Source: Myxococcota bacterium
GTDB lineage: Bacteria; Myxococcota_A; UBA9160; UBA4427
Direction of reading: 5' to 3'
DNA: 64,000 bases
Assembly (NCBI GenBank): GCA_965250285.1
Contig: OZ252299.1
Location: forward strand, 3,840,001-3,904,000
The position numbers and the translations under genes are program-made. The notes under the pieces are model-generated. The model did no database searches, had not been told where the DNA came from, and saw only the letters and a program-made list of their open reading frames with translations. Positions 37,492 through 47,008 of this stretch are shown here, one piece after another (within the stretch, counting starts at the first letter, position 1; every line of letters starts with the position of its first letter).

Positions 37492-39153
37492 TCAGTTCGA
37501 CCAGTAGATGTACTCGTCGTCGGGCGCGTCGGGCTGCGTCAGATCCTTGTCGATGTTGACCGGGAAAGACGCCTGACTCGCCCACGCCGGCTCGACCTGT
37601 TCGGCGTTGTGCGCCGCCAGCGCGGCGTGCAGCTCGGCCAGCTTGTCGGGTCGCTCCGCCGAGAGATCTCGCTGCTCGGTCGGGTCGTTCGTCAGATCGA
37701 AGAGCCAGCTTCGACCGGGCGGATCGCTGACGTTGAGCTTCCAGCCGCCGACGAGCGCCGACTGAGAGGCGCCGCTGCGCCAGAAGAGCGCCTCATGCGG
37801 CACGCCCTCGACCTCTCCCGTCGCGAAGGGCACCAGGTCGACGCCATCCATCGTGCGGTCGTTGGGCATCGATGCGCCGGCCGCAGCCGCCGCGGTCGCA
37901 TACATGTCGAAGTGGTGCACCGGTGCCTCGACGACCGTGCCGGGCTCGATGCGCGCCGGCCACTTCGCGAAGTACGGCACGTGAATGCCGCCCTCGAAGA
38001 GCGTGATCTTCCAGCCCCGGTAGGGGTCGTTCACGTCGGGGAGCCCGAGATACCCCGCACCGCCGTTGTCGGACGTGAACAGGACCAGCGTGTTGTCTTC
38101 GAGACCGTTTCGCCGGAGCGCCTCGAGCACCTGCCCCACGCCGCGGTCGAGACTGCGAATCATGGCCGCGTACACACGTTCGCGGTGGAGCTCGATGTGC
38201 GACAGAGCTTCGTAGTCTTCGCGGGTCGCCTGCAGCGGCGTGTGCGGCGCCCAGTGCGCCAGATAGAGAAAGAAGGGGCGATCCTTGTTCGCGTCGATCA
38301 CCTCGACCGCCTGCTGGGTGTAGTAGTCGGTCAGATACCCGTCGGGCTCGAAGGCCTCGCCGCCGTTGAACGATGCCGCGAACCCCATCGAGGCCCAAAG
38401 GAACCGGTCGATCGGGTCGAAATCCTGCTTCGAGTTCACGACGTCGGGATGGTCCTCGGGCAGATAGAGCCCGTTCGCCATGAGCAGGCTCTCTTCGAAG
38501 CCCTGATCTTCGGCGGCCATCCCGCCGCTGCGCCCGAGATGCCACTTGCCGATGTGCACCGTGTGATAGCCCTGATCCGCCAGCAGCTCGGCGATGGTGA
38601 CCTCAGAGGGCGGCATCCCCATCTGGGCGTACTCGACCGACTCGGCGCCGTCGTTCGGAATGGCCGGGCGCAGGCGGTTCGCGCGTTGGGGCATCAGGCC
38701 GACCAGCTGCATCATCCCGGGCGGTGTCGGCGTGAACTCGAAGCCGAAGCGGGTGCCATAGCGGCCCGACATCAGCGCGGCGCGCGACGGTGCGCATGTG
38801 CCATTCGCGGCGTAGCCGTTGGTGAACGTGGCGCCGTCGCTGGCAATCGAGTCGATGTGCGGCGTGGGAACGGTGCCTCCGGCAACCCCACCGCCGCCGA
38901 ACGTCAGATCGTTCCACCCCAGATCATCGGCGAGGATCAGCACGACGTTCGGCGGACGTTCGGCGGGCGCACGCCCCATCGGATCGGCACCGGTGGCCCA
39001 GACGATGTCCTGGTTCGGACCGATGGACTGACGCTGCTTCGCCATGAAGCCGATGAGGCCAAGGGCGATGTCGTCTGCGTTCATTGCCACCACCACGAGC
39101 AGCGCGAGGAGCCCCACGCTGACACCGCTGATCCACTTGGCTCGTCGACTCAT
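37492..39153 (-). CDS. Sulfatase (Cys-type, FGly-dependent)
   Basis: PNVVLILADDLG, CAPSRAALMSG, GKWHLG, SDNGG, EGGIHVP. Confidence 0.93.
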   Translation of the reverse strand: MSRRAKWISGVSVGLLALLVVVAMNADDIALGLIGFMAKQRQSIGPNQDIVWATGADPMGRAPAERPPNVVLILADDLGWNDLTFGGGGVAGGTVPTPHIDSIASDGATFTNGYAANGTCAPSRAALMSGRYGTRFGFEFTPTPPGMMQLVGLMPQRANRLRPAIPNDGAESVEYAQMGMPPSEVTIAELLADQGYHTVHIGKWHLGRSGGMAAEDQGFEESLLMANGLYLPEDHPDVVNSKQDFDPIDRFLWASMGFAASFNGGEAFEPDGYLTDYYTQQAVEVIDANKDRPFFLYLAHWAPHTPLQATREDYEALSHIELHRERVYAAMIRSLDRGVGQVLEALRRNGLEDNTLVLFTSDNGGAGYLGLPDVNDPYRGWKITLFEGGIHVPYFAKWPARIEPGTVVEAPVHHFDMYATAAAAAGASMPNDRTMDGVDLVPFATGEVEGVPHEALFWRSGASQSALVGGWKLNVSDPPGRSWLFDLTNDPTEQRDLSAERPDKLAELHAALAAHNAEQVEPAWASQASFPVNIDKDLTQPDAPDDEYIYWSN

Positions 39154-39208
39154 CGTCTCTCCTTGCACGACCGGGCTCGCTCGCCCCATCGCCATCCGAC
39201 CCACAGAA

Positions 39209-40240
39209 TCAGTGGGCGGCGAACAGGGTCTCGCAGCCCGTGCCGTCGAGGGTGCGATCGACGACCGAACGGGCATCGTCGTCGAGGGCGGCGTAGCGTT
39301 CGCGCAGCCAGCGCAGGCACTTCGCCTGGTACACGAACGGATCCTGCACCCACGGCTGGCCATCGATCTCGCACTCGACGCGGAGCGCCCCCGACGAGAC
39401 CGCGGCGGCATTGCCGAGGAGGAAGGGGGCGTAGACGCGACCGATCTCACCGAGCAGCGCGCGAAGGGTCTCGGGCGGCTGGGTGAGGTCGACCCAGTCG
39501 TCCTCGCTCACGTCGAGGCCACTCACGTCTTCGAGGCGCTCGGTCCAGGCGTAGGCGCGGGGCGATACGTCGAGCGCGACGGCGGCAGGCGTCGGATCGG
39601 TGATCACCAGCATCGTCATCTGGCCGTAGCACGCGAAGTCGCCCGCACCGGGCCGCTCGCCGAGCAGATACGGGGTGCTCTGCATGTGAGCGTCGAAGAG
39701 CTCGAGAAAGCGGCGCCAGCTGGCCTCGATGATCGGCGCGGTCACGTCGTTCGACCCGACGACGCCGATGCGCGAGATCTGGCGCTCGGCGATCATCTTC
39801 TCGAACTGATCGCCCTGCTCGCGCGTCATCTGAATCGCCTGGCCGTAGGGCATGTACGCGCTGGCCTTCTTCGTATCGGGTGCGTAGGCCCAGCGGTAGT
39901 GGAACATGCACTTGCTGAGCCACTCGTCGGCGTAGTCTTCGATCAACGCGTCGATGAACGCGAGCGCCGGGTTCGTCGGGCGCAGCCGGCGAGCGCTCGA
40001 GAGCTCATCGAGCCGGTCGAAGATCGGCGTGGTGTCCGACATCGCTTCACCCGGCTCGCCATCCGCCCCGGGCAGCACCAGCCAAGGCAGCAGCGGCAGC
40101 GGACGGTCGGGCAGCGCCGCAGCCTCCTTGCTGCCGACCACGACGAAGCGAAACGGGAGCCGTCGAAAGCGCAACGCCGCGCGCAGCTTGCGCGTGTACG
40201 GCGAGGCGCCGACGCCGACCAGCCGCAGGTCGCCGTTCAC
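39209..40240 (-). CDS. Glutathione S-transferase family protein (extended C-terminus)
   Basis: SPYTRKLRAALRF, DTTPI, EDYADEW, YLLGERPGAGDF. Confidence 0.85.
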   Translation of the reverse strand: MNGDLRLVGVGASPYTRKLRAALRFRRLPFRFVVVGSKEAAALPDRPLPLLPWLVLPGADGEPGEAMSDTTPIFDRLDELSSARRLRPTNPALAFIDALIEDYADEWLSKCMFHYRWAYAPDTKKASAYMPYGQAIQMTREQGDQFEKMIAERQISRIGVVGSNDVTAPIIEASWRRFLELFDAHMQSTPYLLGERPGAGDFACYGQMTMLVITDPTPAAVALDVSPRAYAWTERLEDVSGLDVSEDDWVDLTQPPETLRALLGEIGRVYAPFLLGNAAAVSSGALRVECEIDGQPWVQDPFVYQAKCLRWLRERYAALDDDARSVVDRTLDGTGCETLFAAH

Positions 40241-40352
40241 GCGTCGACCTCGCCGCCGTCCGGCTCGGGCGCGCGACCTTCGAGCAGGCGATGAGGCTCA
40301 ATGCCGACTCGTGCGGCAGGAAGGTGATCGTGCATGGCGGGACGCTCCGAGG

Positions 40353-40408
40353 TGAGAGTTCGACTCTCAATCCCGGATGAGAGTCCCACTCTCACCGAGC
40401 GCCGTCAA
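40353..40408 (-). promoter_or_regulatory. Tandem TGAGAG-N5-CTCTCA operators with TTGACG -35 on minus strand
   Basis: Palindromes 40353-40369 and 40378-40394; TTGACG at 40408-40403. Confidence 0.8.
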
Positions 40409-40425
40409 GGGGGTCCCGGGCGACC

Positions 40426-41220
40426 TCAGAGCGCCGGCTTGGGCATCGTCACCGGGGTCGACACGACACCCCCGTGCACGCCGTAGAGCTCGCCCGTGAC
40501 GTACGAGGCGGCCGGCGAGGCCAGGTACAGCGCGCAGGCCGCGACGTCCTCGGGCGCGCCGAGGCGCCCCATGGGTGTGCGTTCCAGCATCATTCGCTCG
40601 AGATCTTCGTTCATGAAGCCGCGCAGCGCGTCGGTCAGGATCGTGCCGACGTTGATCGCATTCACGCGAATCTTCGGGGCGAAATCCTGCGCGAGCTCAC
40701 GGGTCATGAATGCGAGCGCGGCTTTCGCGGTGCCGTAGGCGACGAAGCCCGGCTGGGCGTGCACGCCCGCCATCGACGAGATGTTCACGATCGCGCCGCT
40801 GCCGCCTTCGGCGACCATCGCCGGCGCGGCCGCCTGCGAGAGCGCGAGGGCCTGGGTCACGTTGAAACGGAAGCACGCGTCGAAGTCGTCGGCCGTGAGC
40901 GTGAGCGAATCGGTGGGGCCCCAACCCCCCGCGTTGTTCACCAGCACATCGAGGCGCCCGAACGTCTCGGCCGTGCGCGCGAGTAGCTCGTCGCGTGATT
41001 CGGCCTCGAGGACATCGCACGGAACCGCGAGGGCCCGCACCCCGCGTTCGCGCACCTGGTCGGCGATCGCTTCGATCGCGTCGACGCTGCGCGCCGACAC
41101 GACGACGTCGGCGCCCGCATCGGCCATCGCGAGCGCCGTCGCCGCGCCGATGCCGCGGCCCGAGCCGGTGACGACTGCGACCGCCCCATCGAGCCTGAAT
41201 CGATCGAGGATGCTGGTCAT
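40426..41220 (-). CDS. SDR family oxidoreductase (7-alpha-HSDH-like)
   Basis: TGSGRGIG, NNAGG, YGTAK. Confidence 0.92.
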   Translation of the reverse strand: MTSILDRFRLDGAVAVVTGSGRGIGAATALAMADAGADVVVSARSVDAIEAIADQVRERGVRALAVPCDVLEAESRDELLARTAETFGRLDVLVNNAGGWGPTDSLTLTADDFDACFRFNVTQALALSQAAAPAMVAEGGSGAIVNISSMAGVHAQPGFVAYGTAKAALAFMTRELAQDFAPKIRVNAINVGTILTDALRGFMNEDLERMMLERTPMGRLGAPEDVAACALYLASPAASYVTGELYGVHGGVVSTPVTMPKPAL

Positions 41221-41255
41221 GGATCCCTCTCGTTCGTCGACGCTCGGCGCGCCGC

Positions 41256-42098
41256 TCAGTCGATGTCGCTGGCGTTGTGCCGCTCGGGCACTCGAAGCTC
41301 TTCGGCGCCCCACACCTTGTTGACGCGCTGACCGCGGCGCACCGCCGGACGTTCCTTGATCTCTTCAGCCCACCGCAGCACGTGCTCGTACGACTTCACG
41401 TCGAGAAACTCGGCCGAGTCGTAGAGCTTGCCGAGCACGAGGCCACCGTACCAGGGCCACGTGCTCATGTCGGCGATCGTGTAGTCGTCGCCGGCGAGGA
41501 ATCGGCGGTCAGCGAGATTTCGATCGAGTACGTCGAGCTGGCGCTTGACCTCCATCGCATAGCGGTCGATCGGGTACTCCCACTTCTCGGGGGCGTACGC
41601 ATAGAAGTGGCCGAAACCGCCACCGAGGAAGGGGGTCGCCGCCATCTGCCAGAAGAGCCAGGACATGCACTCGGCGCGGTCGGCGCCGTCTGCGGGCACG
41701 AAGTGGCCGAACTTCTCGGCGAGGTAGAGCAGGATCGCGCCCGATTCGAAGACGCGCGTGGGCAGCGAGGTCGAGTGGTCGACGAGCGCCGGGATCTTCG
41801 AGTTCGGGTTCGCGCCGACGAAGCCGCTGCTGAACTGGTCGCCTGCGTTGATGTTCACGAGCCAGGCATCGTACTCGGCGCCCTTCTCGCCGACAGCGAG
41901 CAGCTCTTCGAGCATGACCGTGACCTTGACGCCATTCGGCGTACCGAGCGAGTAGAGCTGGATCGGGTGCTCACCGATCTGTAGATCTTTCTCGTGGGTC
42001 GCGCCGGCGATGGGTCGATTGATGTTGGCGAAGCGGCCGCCGCTCTCCTTGTTCCAGGTCCAGACGCGCGGCGGGGTGTAATCCGATGAGTCGCTCAT
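41256..42098 (-). CDS. yghU: Glutathione-dependent disulfide-bond oxidoreductase YghU (Nu-class GST)
   Basis: YTPPRVW, FANINRPIAGATH, YSLGTPNGVKV, GGGFGHFYAYAP, ERHNASD. Confidence 0.93.
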   Translation of the reverse strand: MSDSSDYTPPRVWTWNKESGGRFANINRPIAGATHEKDLQIGEHPIQLYSLGTPNGVKVTVMLEELLAVGEKGAEYDAWLVNINAGDQFSSGFVGANPNSKIPALVDHSTSLPTRVFESGAILLYLAEKFGHFVPADGADRAECMSWLFWQMAATPFLGGGFGHFYAYAPEKWEYPIDRYAMEVKRQLDVLDRNLADRRFLAGDDYTIADMSTWPWYGGLVLGKLYDSAEFLDVKSYEHVLRWAEEIKERPAVRRGQRVNKVWGAEELRVPERHNASDID

Positions 42099-42225
42099 GA
42101 TGGTCTCCTCCAGTGGGCCTCTTCGATGACCCGACGGGCCGGGGCGTCACAGGCCGCGCTGGCGCGACCCGGGTGAGTAGTGAGTTCAGCGCGTCTCGTT
42201 CATCGCGTCGGCGGCCGCGACGCGC

Positions 42226-43080
42226 TCATTCACCGAGCCCGTCGATGAAGCCGTCGATTGCCTCGAGGCACACGGCCTCGGTGAGCAGCGGGGCGTGCCC
42301 CACACGGGACACCGTCAGCGTGGCGAGGTCGGGCTTCTCTTGCTGCATGCGGTCGAGGGTGGCTGCCGCGAGGATGTCGGACGTCTCTCCGCGCACGGCG
42401 AGACCCGGCACCTGGGCGAGCGCTGGCCAGAGCCCCCACAGGTCAGCGGGGGCCGCGCCGCCCGACTCGCGGAACGGCTCGGAGATGCGCGGATCGTAGT
42501 CGGGGCGCAGGCGCCCATCGTCGCCGAGCGCGTAGGTGCGTTCGGCCATCTTGCGCCAGTCGGCCTCGTCGAAGTCGGGAAAGACGACGTCGTTCGTCTC
42601 GCGAACCGCCTTCGTCGCCTCCTCCCACGTCGATGCTTCGCCGCCCTGACCGACGTAGCTCTGAATCCGCGCGAGGCCGCGGGCGTCGATCTCGGGGCCG
42701 ATGTCGTTCAGCACGACGCCCGCGACGACGTCGGGCCTCGCCGACGCGAGCATCATGGCGAGCAAGCCGCCGAGCGAGGTGCCGATCACGACGACCCGGG
42801 GAGCGGCTGCGGCATCGAGCAGCGCCAGCACATCGCCCAGATAGGTCGTCGGCATGTAGTTCGCCGGCGTGGGATCCCAGGCCGACCGGCCGCGTCCGCG
42901 CAGGTCGGGCGACAGCACGCGACGCCGACCGTCGAGGTGCGCCGAGAGATCGTCGAAGTCACGGCTGTTGCGGGTGAGACCCGGCAGGCAGAGCACCGGG
43001 ACCCGACCTGCGGGGCCCGCGCGGTCGCGATAGAAGAGCTCGAGCCCGTCGTTCGAGGCGTAGGTTCGTTCGTTCACCAT
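42226..43080 (-). CDS. Alpha/beta hydrolase
   Basis: PGLTRNSRDF, DLRGRG, GTSLGG, GHAP. Confidence 0.9.
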   Translation of the reverse strand: MVNERTYASNDGLELFYRDRAGPAGRVPVLCLPGLTRNSRDFDDLSAHLDGRRRVLSPDLRGRGRSAWDPTPANYMPTTYLGDVLALLDAAAAPRVVVIGTSLGGLLAMMLASARPDVVAGVVLNDIGPEIDARGLARIQSYVGQGGEASTWEEATKAVRETNDVVFPDFDEADWRKMAERTYALGDDGRLRPDYDPRISEPFRESGGAAPADLWGLWPALAQVPGLAVRGETSDILAAATLDRMQQEKPDLATLTVSRVGHAPLLTEAVCLEAIDGFIDGLGE

Positions 43081-43115
43081 GGGAGGAGCATACGCCAGGG
43101 CCGCTTGCGGCGCGC

Positions 43116-44006
43116 TCAGGCCTTGGGGCGCTCGGTGCCGAGGATCGAGACCCGACCTCCGACACGTCGATGCGGAAAGTAGTCCCAGAGCGCGTGGTGC
43201 TGCGTGCAGCGGTTGTCCCAGAACGTCAGCGTGTTCGGCGTCCACCGTACCCGGCATGTGATCTTCGGGTTGCTCTCGATGTGACGGAACAGCATGTCGA
43301 GCATCGAGCGGCTCTCGGCGCTCGAGAGTCCGACGATCTTCGTCGTGAAGCCGCTGTTCACGTACAGCAGCTTTCGACCGGTCTCCGGGTGGCGCACGAC
43401 GATCGGATGCTCGGCCTTCGGGTCGCCTTCGGGGTCTTCGACGCCGAGCCCGAGCTCGCGCTGCTCCTTGTACGGACCCGCGCCATCGTGGATCGCCGTC
43501 AGGTCGTCGAGGAAGGACTTCATCTTCTGCGACAGCAGCTCGTAGGCCATGTACATGTCGGCGTAGAGCGTGTCTCCGCCACCGACGGCCGGACACTCAC
43601 GGATGTAGAGCATCGAGCCGAGGGGCGGCATGTCGTCGCACGTCACGTCCGAGTGCCAACCGTCGCCCGGCGTGAAGGGAGAGTGCTCGTTGGTCACCAC
43701 GGGCAGGATCTCGGGGTACTCGAGGTCGGCCCCGCGCAGCTGCGGGTGCACGTGCAGCTCACCGAAGTACGCGCCGAGTCGCTTGTGTTCGGCGGGTGAG
43801 AGATCCTGGTCGGGAAAGACCAGCACCATCCAATCGAGCCAGGCCCGGCGGAGCTCCTTCAGCTGCACGTCGGACAGCGGCTGCGAGAGATCGAGCCCAC
43901 GCACCTCGGCGCCGATGTGCGGGGTGAGCGTGGTCAGCTCGAAGCCGTCGTAGTCGAGGTCGCGCTCGGGGGCGGGGACGTGGTCGGGCTTGTGTTCGAG
44001 GGCCAT
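43116..44006 (-). CDS. TauD/TfdA family dioxygenase (taurine/alkylsulfate-type)
   Basis: WHSDVT, GGDTLY, HPETGRK, WDNRCTQH. Confidence 0.93.
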   Translation of the reverse strand: MALEHKPDHVPAPERDLDYDGFELTTLTPHIGAEVRGLDLSQPLSDVQLKELRRAWLDWMVLVFPDQDLSPAEHKRLGAYFGELHVHPQLRGADLEYPEILPVVTNEHSPFTPGDGWHSDVTCDDMPPLGSMLYIRECPAVGGGDTLYADMYMAYELLSQKMKSFLDDLTAIHDGAGPYKEQRELGLGVEDPEGDPKAEHPIVVRHPETGRKLLYVNSGFTTKIVGLSSAESRSMLDMLFRHIESNPKITCRVRWTPNTLTFWDNRCTQHHALWDYFPHRRVGGRVSILGTERPKA

Positions 44007-44090
44007 GGGGCATCTCCTGGCATCGTCCGCGAGTCTAGCCCGTCGGCAAAGGCGGCGACGCGATTGCATGCGCCCCCCGCGCGCGCCCCT

Positions 44091-44411
44091 TCAACCCTCG
44101 ACCGCGACGAGGACATCATCGCCCTCGATCCGCACCGGGTAGCTCTCGATCGGCTGGGTCGCGGGCGGGCGCAGCACACGGCCGTCGCGCACGTCGAACG
44201 CGGCGCCGTGCAGCGGGCACAGGATGCGATGGCCGCGAAGTCGTCCCTCGCTCATCTTGGCATCGGCGTGCGAGCAGGTGTTGTCGACGGCGAAGAAGCC
44301 TTCATCGAGGTGGCAGATGACCAGCATCCGTCCCTCGACTTCGACACAGCGCATCTCGCCCACACCGATCTCGGCCTTTGACGCAACGCGCCGATACGTG
44401 GGTTGGGCCAA
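44091..44411 (-). CDS. Rieske-type [2Fe-2S] ferredoxin
   Basis: CSH...CPLH motif; TTG start with GAGG RBS. Confidence 0.92.
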   Translation of the reverse strand: MAQPTYRRVASKAEIGVGEMRCVEVEGRMLVICHLDEGFFAVDNTCSHADAKMSEGRLRGHRILCPLHGAAFDVRDGRVLRPPATQPIESYPVRIEGDDVLVAVEG

Positions 44412-44437
44412 CGGGGCCTCCTCTCGCGCCGGCGGGC

Positions 44438-45769
44438 TCAGCGCTCGAGAAACTCGTCGAGGGTCAGGTTGAGCCGGCGCAGGCGCGACTCCTGGTAGTT
44501 GCCGAGCGTGCCGCTACCCCGGCGGTTGATCTTGAACCCCTTCTGCTGTGCATCGAGATTGCTCGTATCCTGATCGTAGACCGGCGCGAGCCAGCCGAGC
44601 CCTTCGGCCTCGGTGTACGACTGATCCATGTCGAGGCGAATCGGGTCGGGCGGGAGCGGGGCCTCGGCGCCCTCGGGCAGCGGTTCGAGCAGCAGCACGT
44701 CGAAGATGCACTTGTCGACGGCGTCTTCGTACGGCCGGAAGCGGTACACCATCGGGATCAGCACGCCGGCGAACAGGAACATGTTCGGAAAGAGGTGATA
44801 CTCGATCGAGTCCTGCATCACCGGGTCGCTGACGTCGGAAAGATCGACTCCGATCCGCTCGCCCAGCTGCTCACGAAGCCCCTCGGCGCTCGCGGCGCGC
44901 GATGCGGCGCTGTCTTCGAGCGGGGGCTGATCGCGAAACCGATCGGTCTGGTAGTCGTCGAGCGCCGCGGCGCTGTGATACCAGAACGTGTGGATGAAGC
45001 GCGACACGTACTTGCCGAAGATGTCGTACTGGGCGTTCGCACCGTTCGGCGCGTTGTGCGTCTCGACGTTGTGGTACGCCTCCATGAACGCCTCCTGCGC
45101 CGCCTTCCAGTTGGCGGGCAGGATCTTCTCGACGTGCACCGTGATGTGCCGCCGCTCGAGCGGAAAGTGCGCGAAGTGATCGGGCAGTACATCGAGCACG
45201 TCGCGCAGGGGCCCCGCATCGGGGTCCATGTTGATGAAGACGAAGCCACCCCACTGCTCGCAGCGCACCTCCTGCAGGCGGTGGGTGTCGTCGCTGACGT
45301 GCGGGAAGTCCCAGCGGGCGGGAATGTTGCGGATCGAGCCATCGAGATTCCACGACCAGCCGTGAAATGGACACGTGAACTGAGCGCAGTAGCCCGCCCC
45401 CTCCCCGCCGAGCAGCTTCGTCCCGCGATGCATACAGCTGTTGAGGAAGGCCTGGATCCGATCCTCTGCCGTTCGCACGACGATCACCGAGTAGGGACCG
45501 ACCTCGTAGACGTAGTGATCGCCCGGTTCGGGGATGTGCTCTTCGCGACAGGCCCACTGCCAGGCACGGGGCCACAGCCGCTCGATCTCGCGGTCGAAGA
45601 ATGCGCGCGAGGTGTAGCGGCTGAAGTCGATGTCTTCGTCGCCGAGGTACTCAGGTCGCTCTTCGAGCAGCGGAGCCGGTCCCGGCTTGCGGTCGGCGCG
45701 CAGAATGTCGGCGACGGACGGCCCCTTCGCGCGGGCATCGCCGGGTGCAGCTCGCTCGGTTCGCTTCAT
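44438..45769 (-). CDS. Aromatic ring-hydroxylating (Rieske) oxygenase alpha subunit
   Basis: CMHRG...CPFHGW Rieske site; NWK...EAYHNVETH mononuclear iron site. Confidence 0.92.
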   Translation of the reverse strand: MKRTERAAPGDARAKGPSVADILRADRKPGPAPLLEERPEYLGDEDIDFSRYTSRAFFDREIERLWPRAWQWACREEHIPEPGDHYVYEVGPYSVIVVRTAEDRIQAFLNSCMHRGTKLLGGEGAGYCAQFTCPFHGWSWNLDGSIRNIPARWDFPHVSDDTHRLQEVRCEQWGGFVFINMDPDAGPLRDVLDVLPDHFAHFPLERRHITVHVEKILPANWKAAQEAFMEAYHNVETHNAPNGANAQYDIFGKYVSRFIHTFWYHSAAALDDYQTDRFRDQPPLEDSAASRAASAEGLREQLGERIGVDLSDVSDPVMQDSIEYHLFPNMFLFAGVLIPMVYRFRPYEDAVDKCIFDVLLLEPLPEGAEAPLPPDPIRLDMDQSYTEAEGLGWLAPVYDQDTSNLDAQQKGFKINRRGSGTLGNYQESRLRRLNLTLDEFLER

Positions 45770-45925
45770 GTCGCCTGACCTGTCTGCCGACTCGCCGGCG
45801 GGCACCGGCAGCGGCGTGCGAGACGCCAGATTATCGCATGGATTTCGCACACGAGACCATGCCTGCCACGCGCGGGGCGTGTCATCCTGCAACCCAACGA
45901 GACCCTCGACGACGGGTGAGGACAC

Positions 45926-46453
45926 ATGAATCGAGAGATCGGAAAGACGCCCAGCCTCGAAGCCATCGCGGATCGCATGGCGATCGAAGAAGTGATCCAC
46001 ACGCATAGCCGGGGAATCGACCGTTGCGATCGTGCCTGTATCGAATCCGCCTACTGGCCCGAGGCCGAGGTGGCCTACGGCGCGTTCGACGGGCGAGCCC
46101 ACGACTTCGCGGCCATGGTCGTGCAGGCGCTGCAGGGCGGCTACGAGCTCACGCAGCACTGCGTCGGAAACGTGCTGATCGAGCTCGACGGCCACCAGGC
46201 GAGAAGCGAGACCTACGTGTCGGCGTACCACCTGCAGAACGGCGCCACCGAAGAGATGTACTTCTCGGGCCGCTATCTGGATCGTCACGAGAAGCGGGAC
46301 GATGCCTGGAAGATCATCCATCGCACGGTCGTGATGGACTGGAGCCGTCAGTGGCCGGTCGTCGACGAGCGTGACAACCCGCTCTTTGCTGGATTCGCGA
46401 AGGGCGCGCGTCTCGACGACGACCCGCTTCACGCTTTCTTGAACCGAGACTGA
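45926..46453 (+). CDS. SnoaL-like / NTF2 family protein
   Basis: RGIDRCD, TQHCVGN, GRYLDR pattern. Confidence 0.85.
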   Translation: MNREIGKTPSLEAIADRMAIEEVIHTHSRGIDRCDRACIESAYWPEAEVAYGAFDGRAHDFAAMVVQALQGGYELTQHCVGNVLIELDGHQARSETYVSAYHLQNGATEEMYFSGRYLDRHEKRDDAWKIIHRTVVMDWSRQWPVVDERDNPLFAGFAKGARLDDDPLHAFLNRD

Positions 46454-46460
46454 GCCTCAG

Positions 46461-47000
46461 GTGACCCGCATGCCGAACGACCCGATCGACACGCTGCTTG
46501 CGAAGCAGGACATCTACGAGCTCTCTTGCCGATACATGCGTGGACTGGACCGCCTCGACGCCGACCTGATCAAGTCGGTGTTCACCGAAGACGCCTGGTG
46601 CGAGTACGGCATGTTCGACGGCCACGCCGCCGAGTTCGCCGACTTCGCCATGATGGCCCTCGGTGCACACGTCGCCAATCATCACATGATCGGCAACACC
46701 CTGATCGATGTCGAAGGCGAAGAGGCGTTCGGCGAGGTCTACTTCAACGCCTACCACAAGGTGCCCGCGCCCTCGGGCGATGGCTTCGAAGACCTCGTGA
46801 TCGCCGGGCGCTATATCGACCGGTACGAGCGCCGAGACGAGGTGTGGAAGATCGCCTATCGCAGCGAGCGCAACGACTGGTCGCGGACATCGCCCACCCA
46901 CGAGCCGTTCTTCGAGATGATGCCGAACACGCTGCGCGGCGGACGCCGCGACGATGCCGTCTACGAGCGAGCGAACCGGCGCCGCCCGGGCGAGCGCTGA
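46461..47000 (+). CDS. SnoaL-like / NTF2 family protein
   Basis: RGLDRLD, HHMIGN, GRYIDRYERR..WKI. Confidence 0.85.
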   Translation: MTRMPNDPIDTLLAKQDIYELSCRYMRGLDRLDADLIKSVFTEDAWCEYGMFDGHAAEFADFAMMALGAHVANHHMIGNTLIDVEGEEAFGEVYFNAYHKVPAPSGDGFEDLVIAGRYIDRYERRDEVWKIAYRSERNDWSRTSPTHEPFFEMMPNTLRGGRRDDAVYERANRRRPGER

Positions 47001-47008
47001 CTCGCCGG

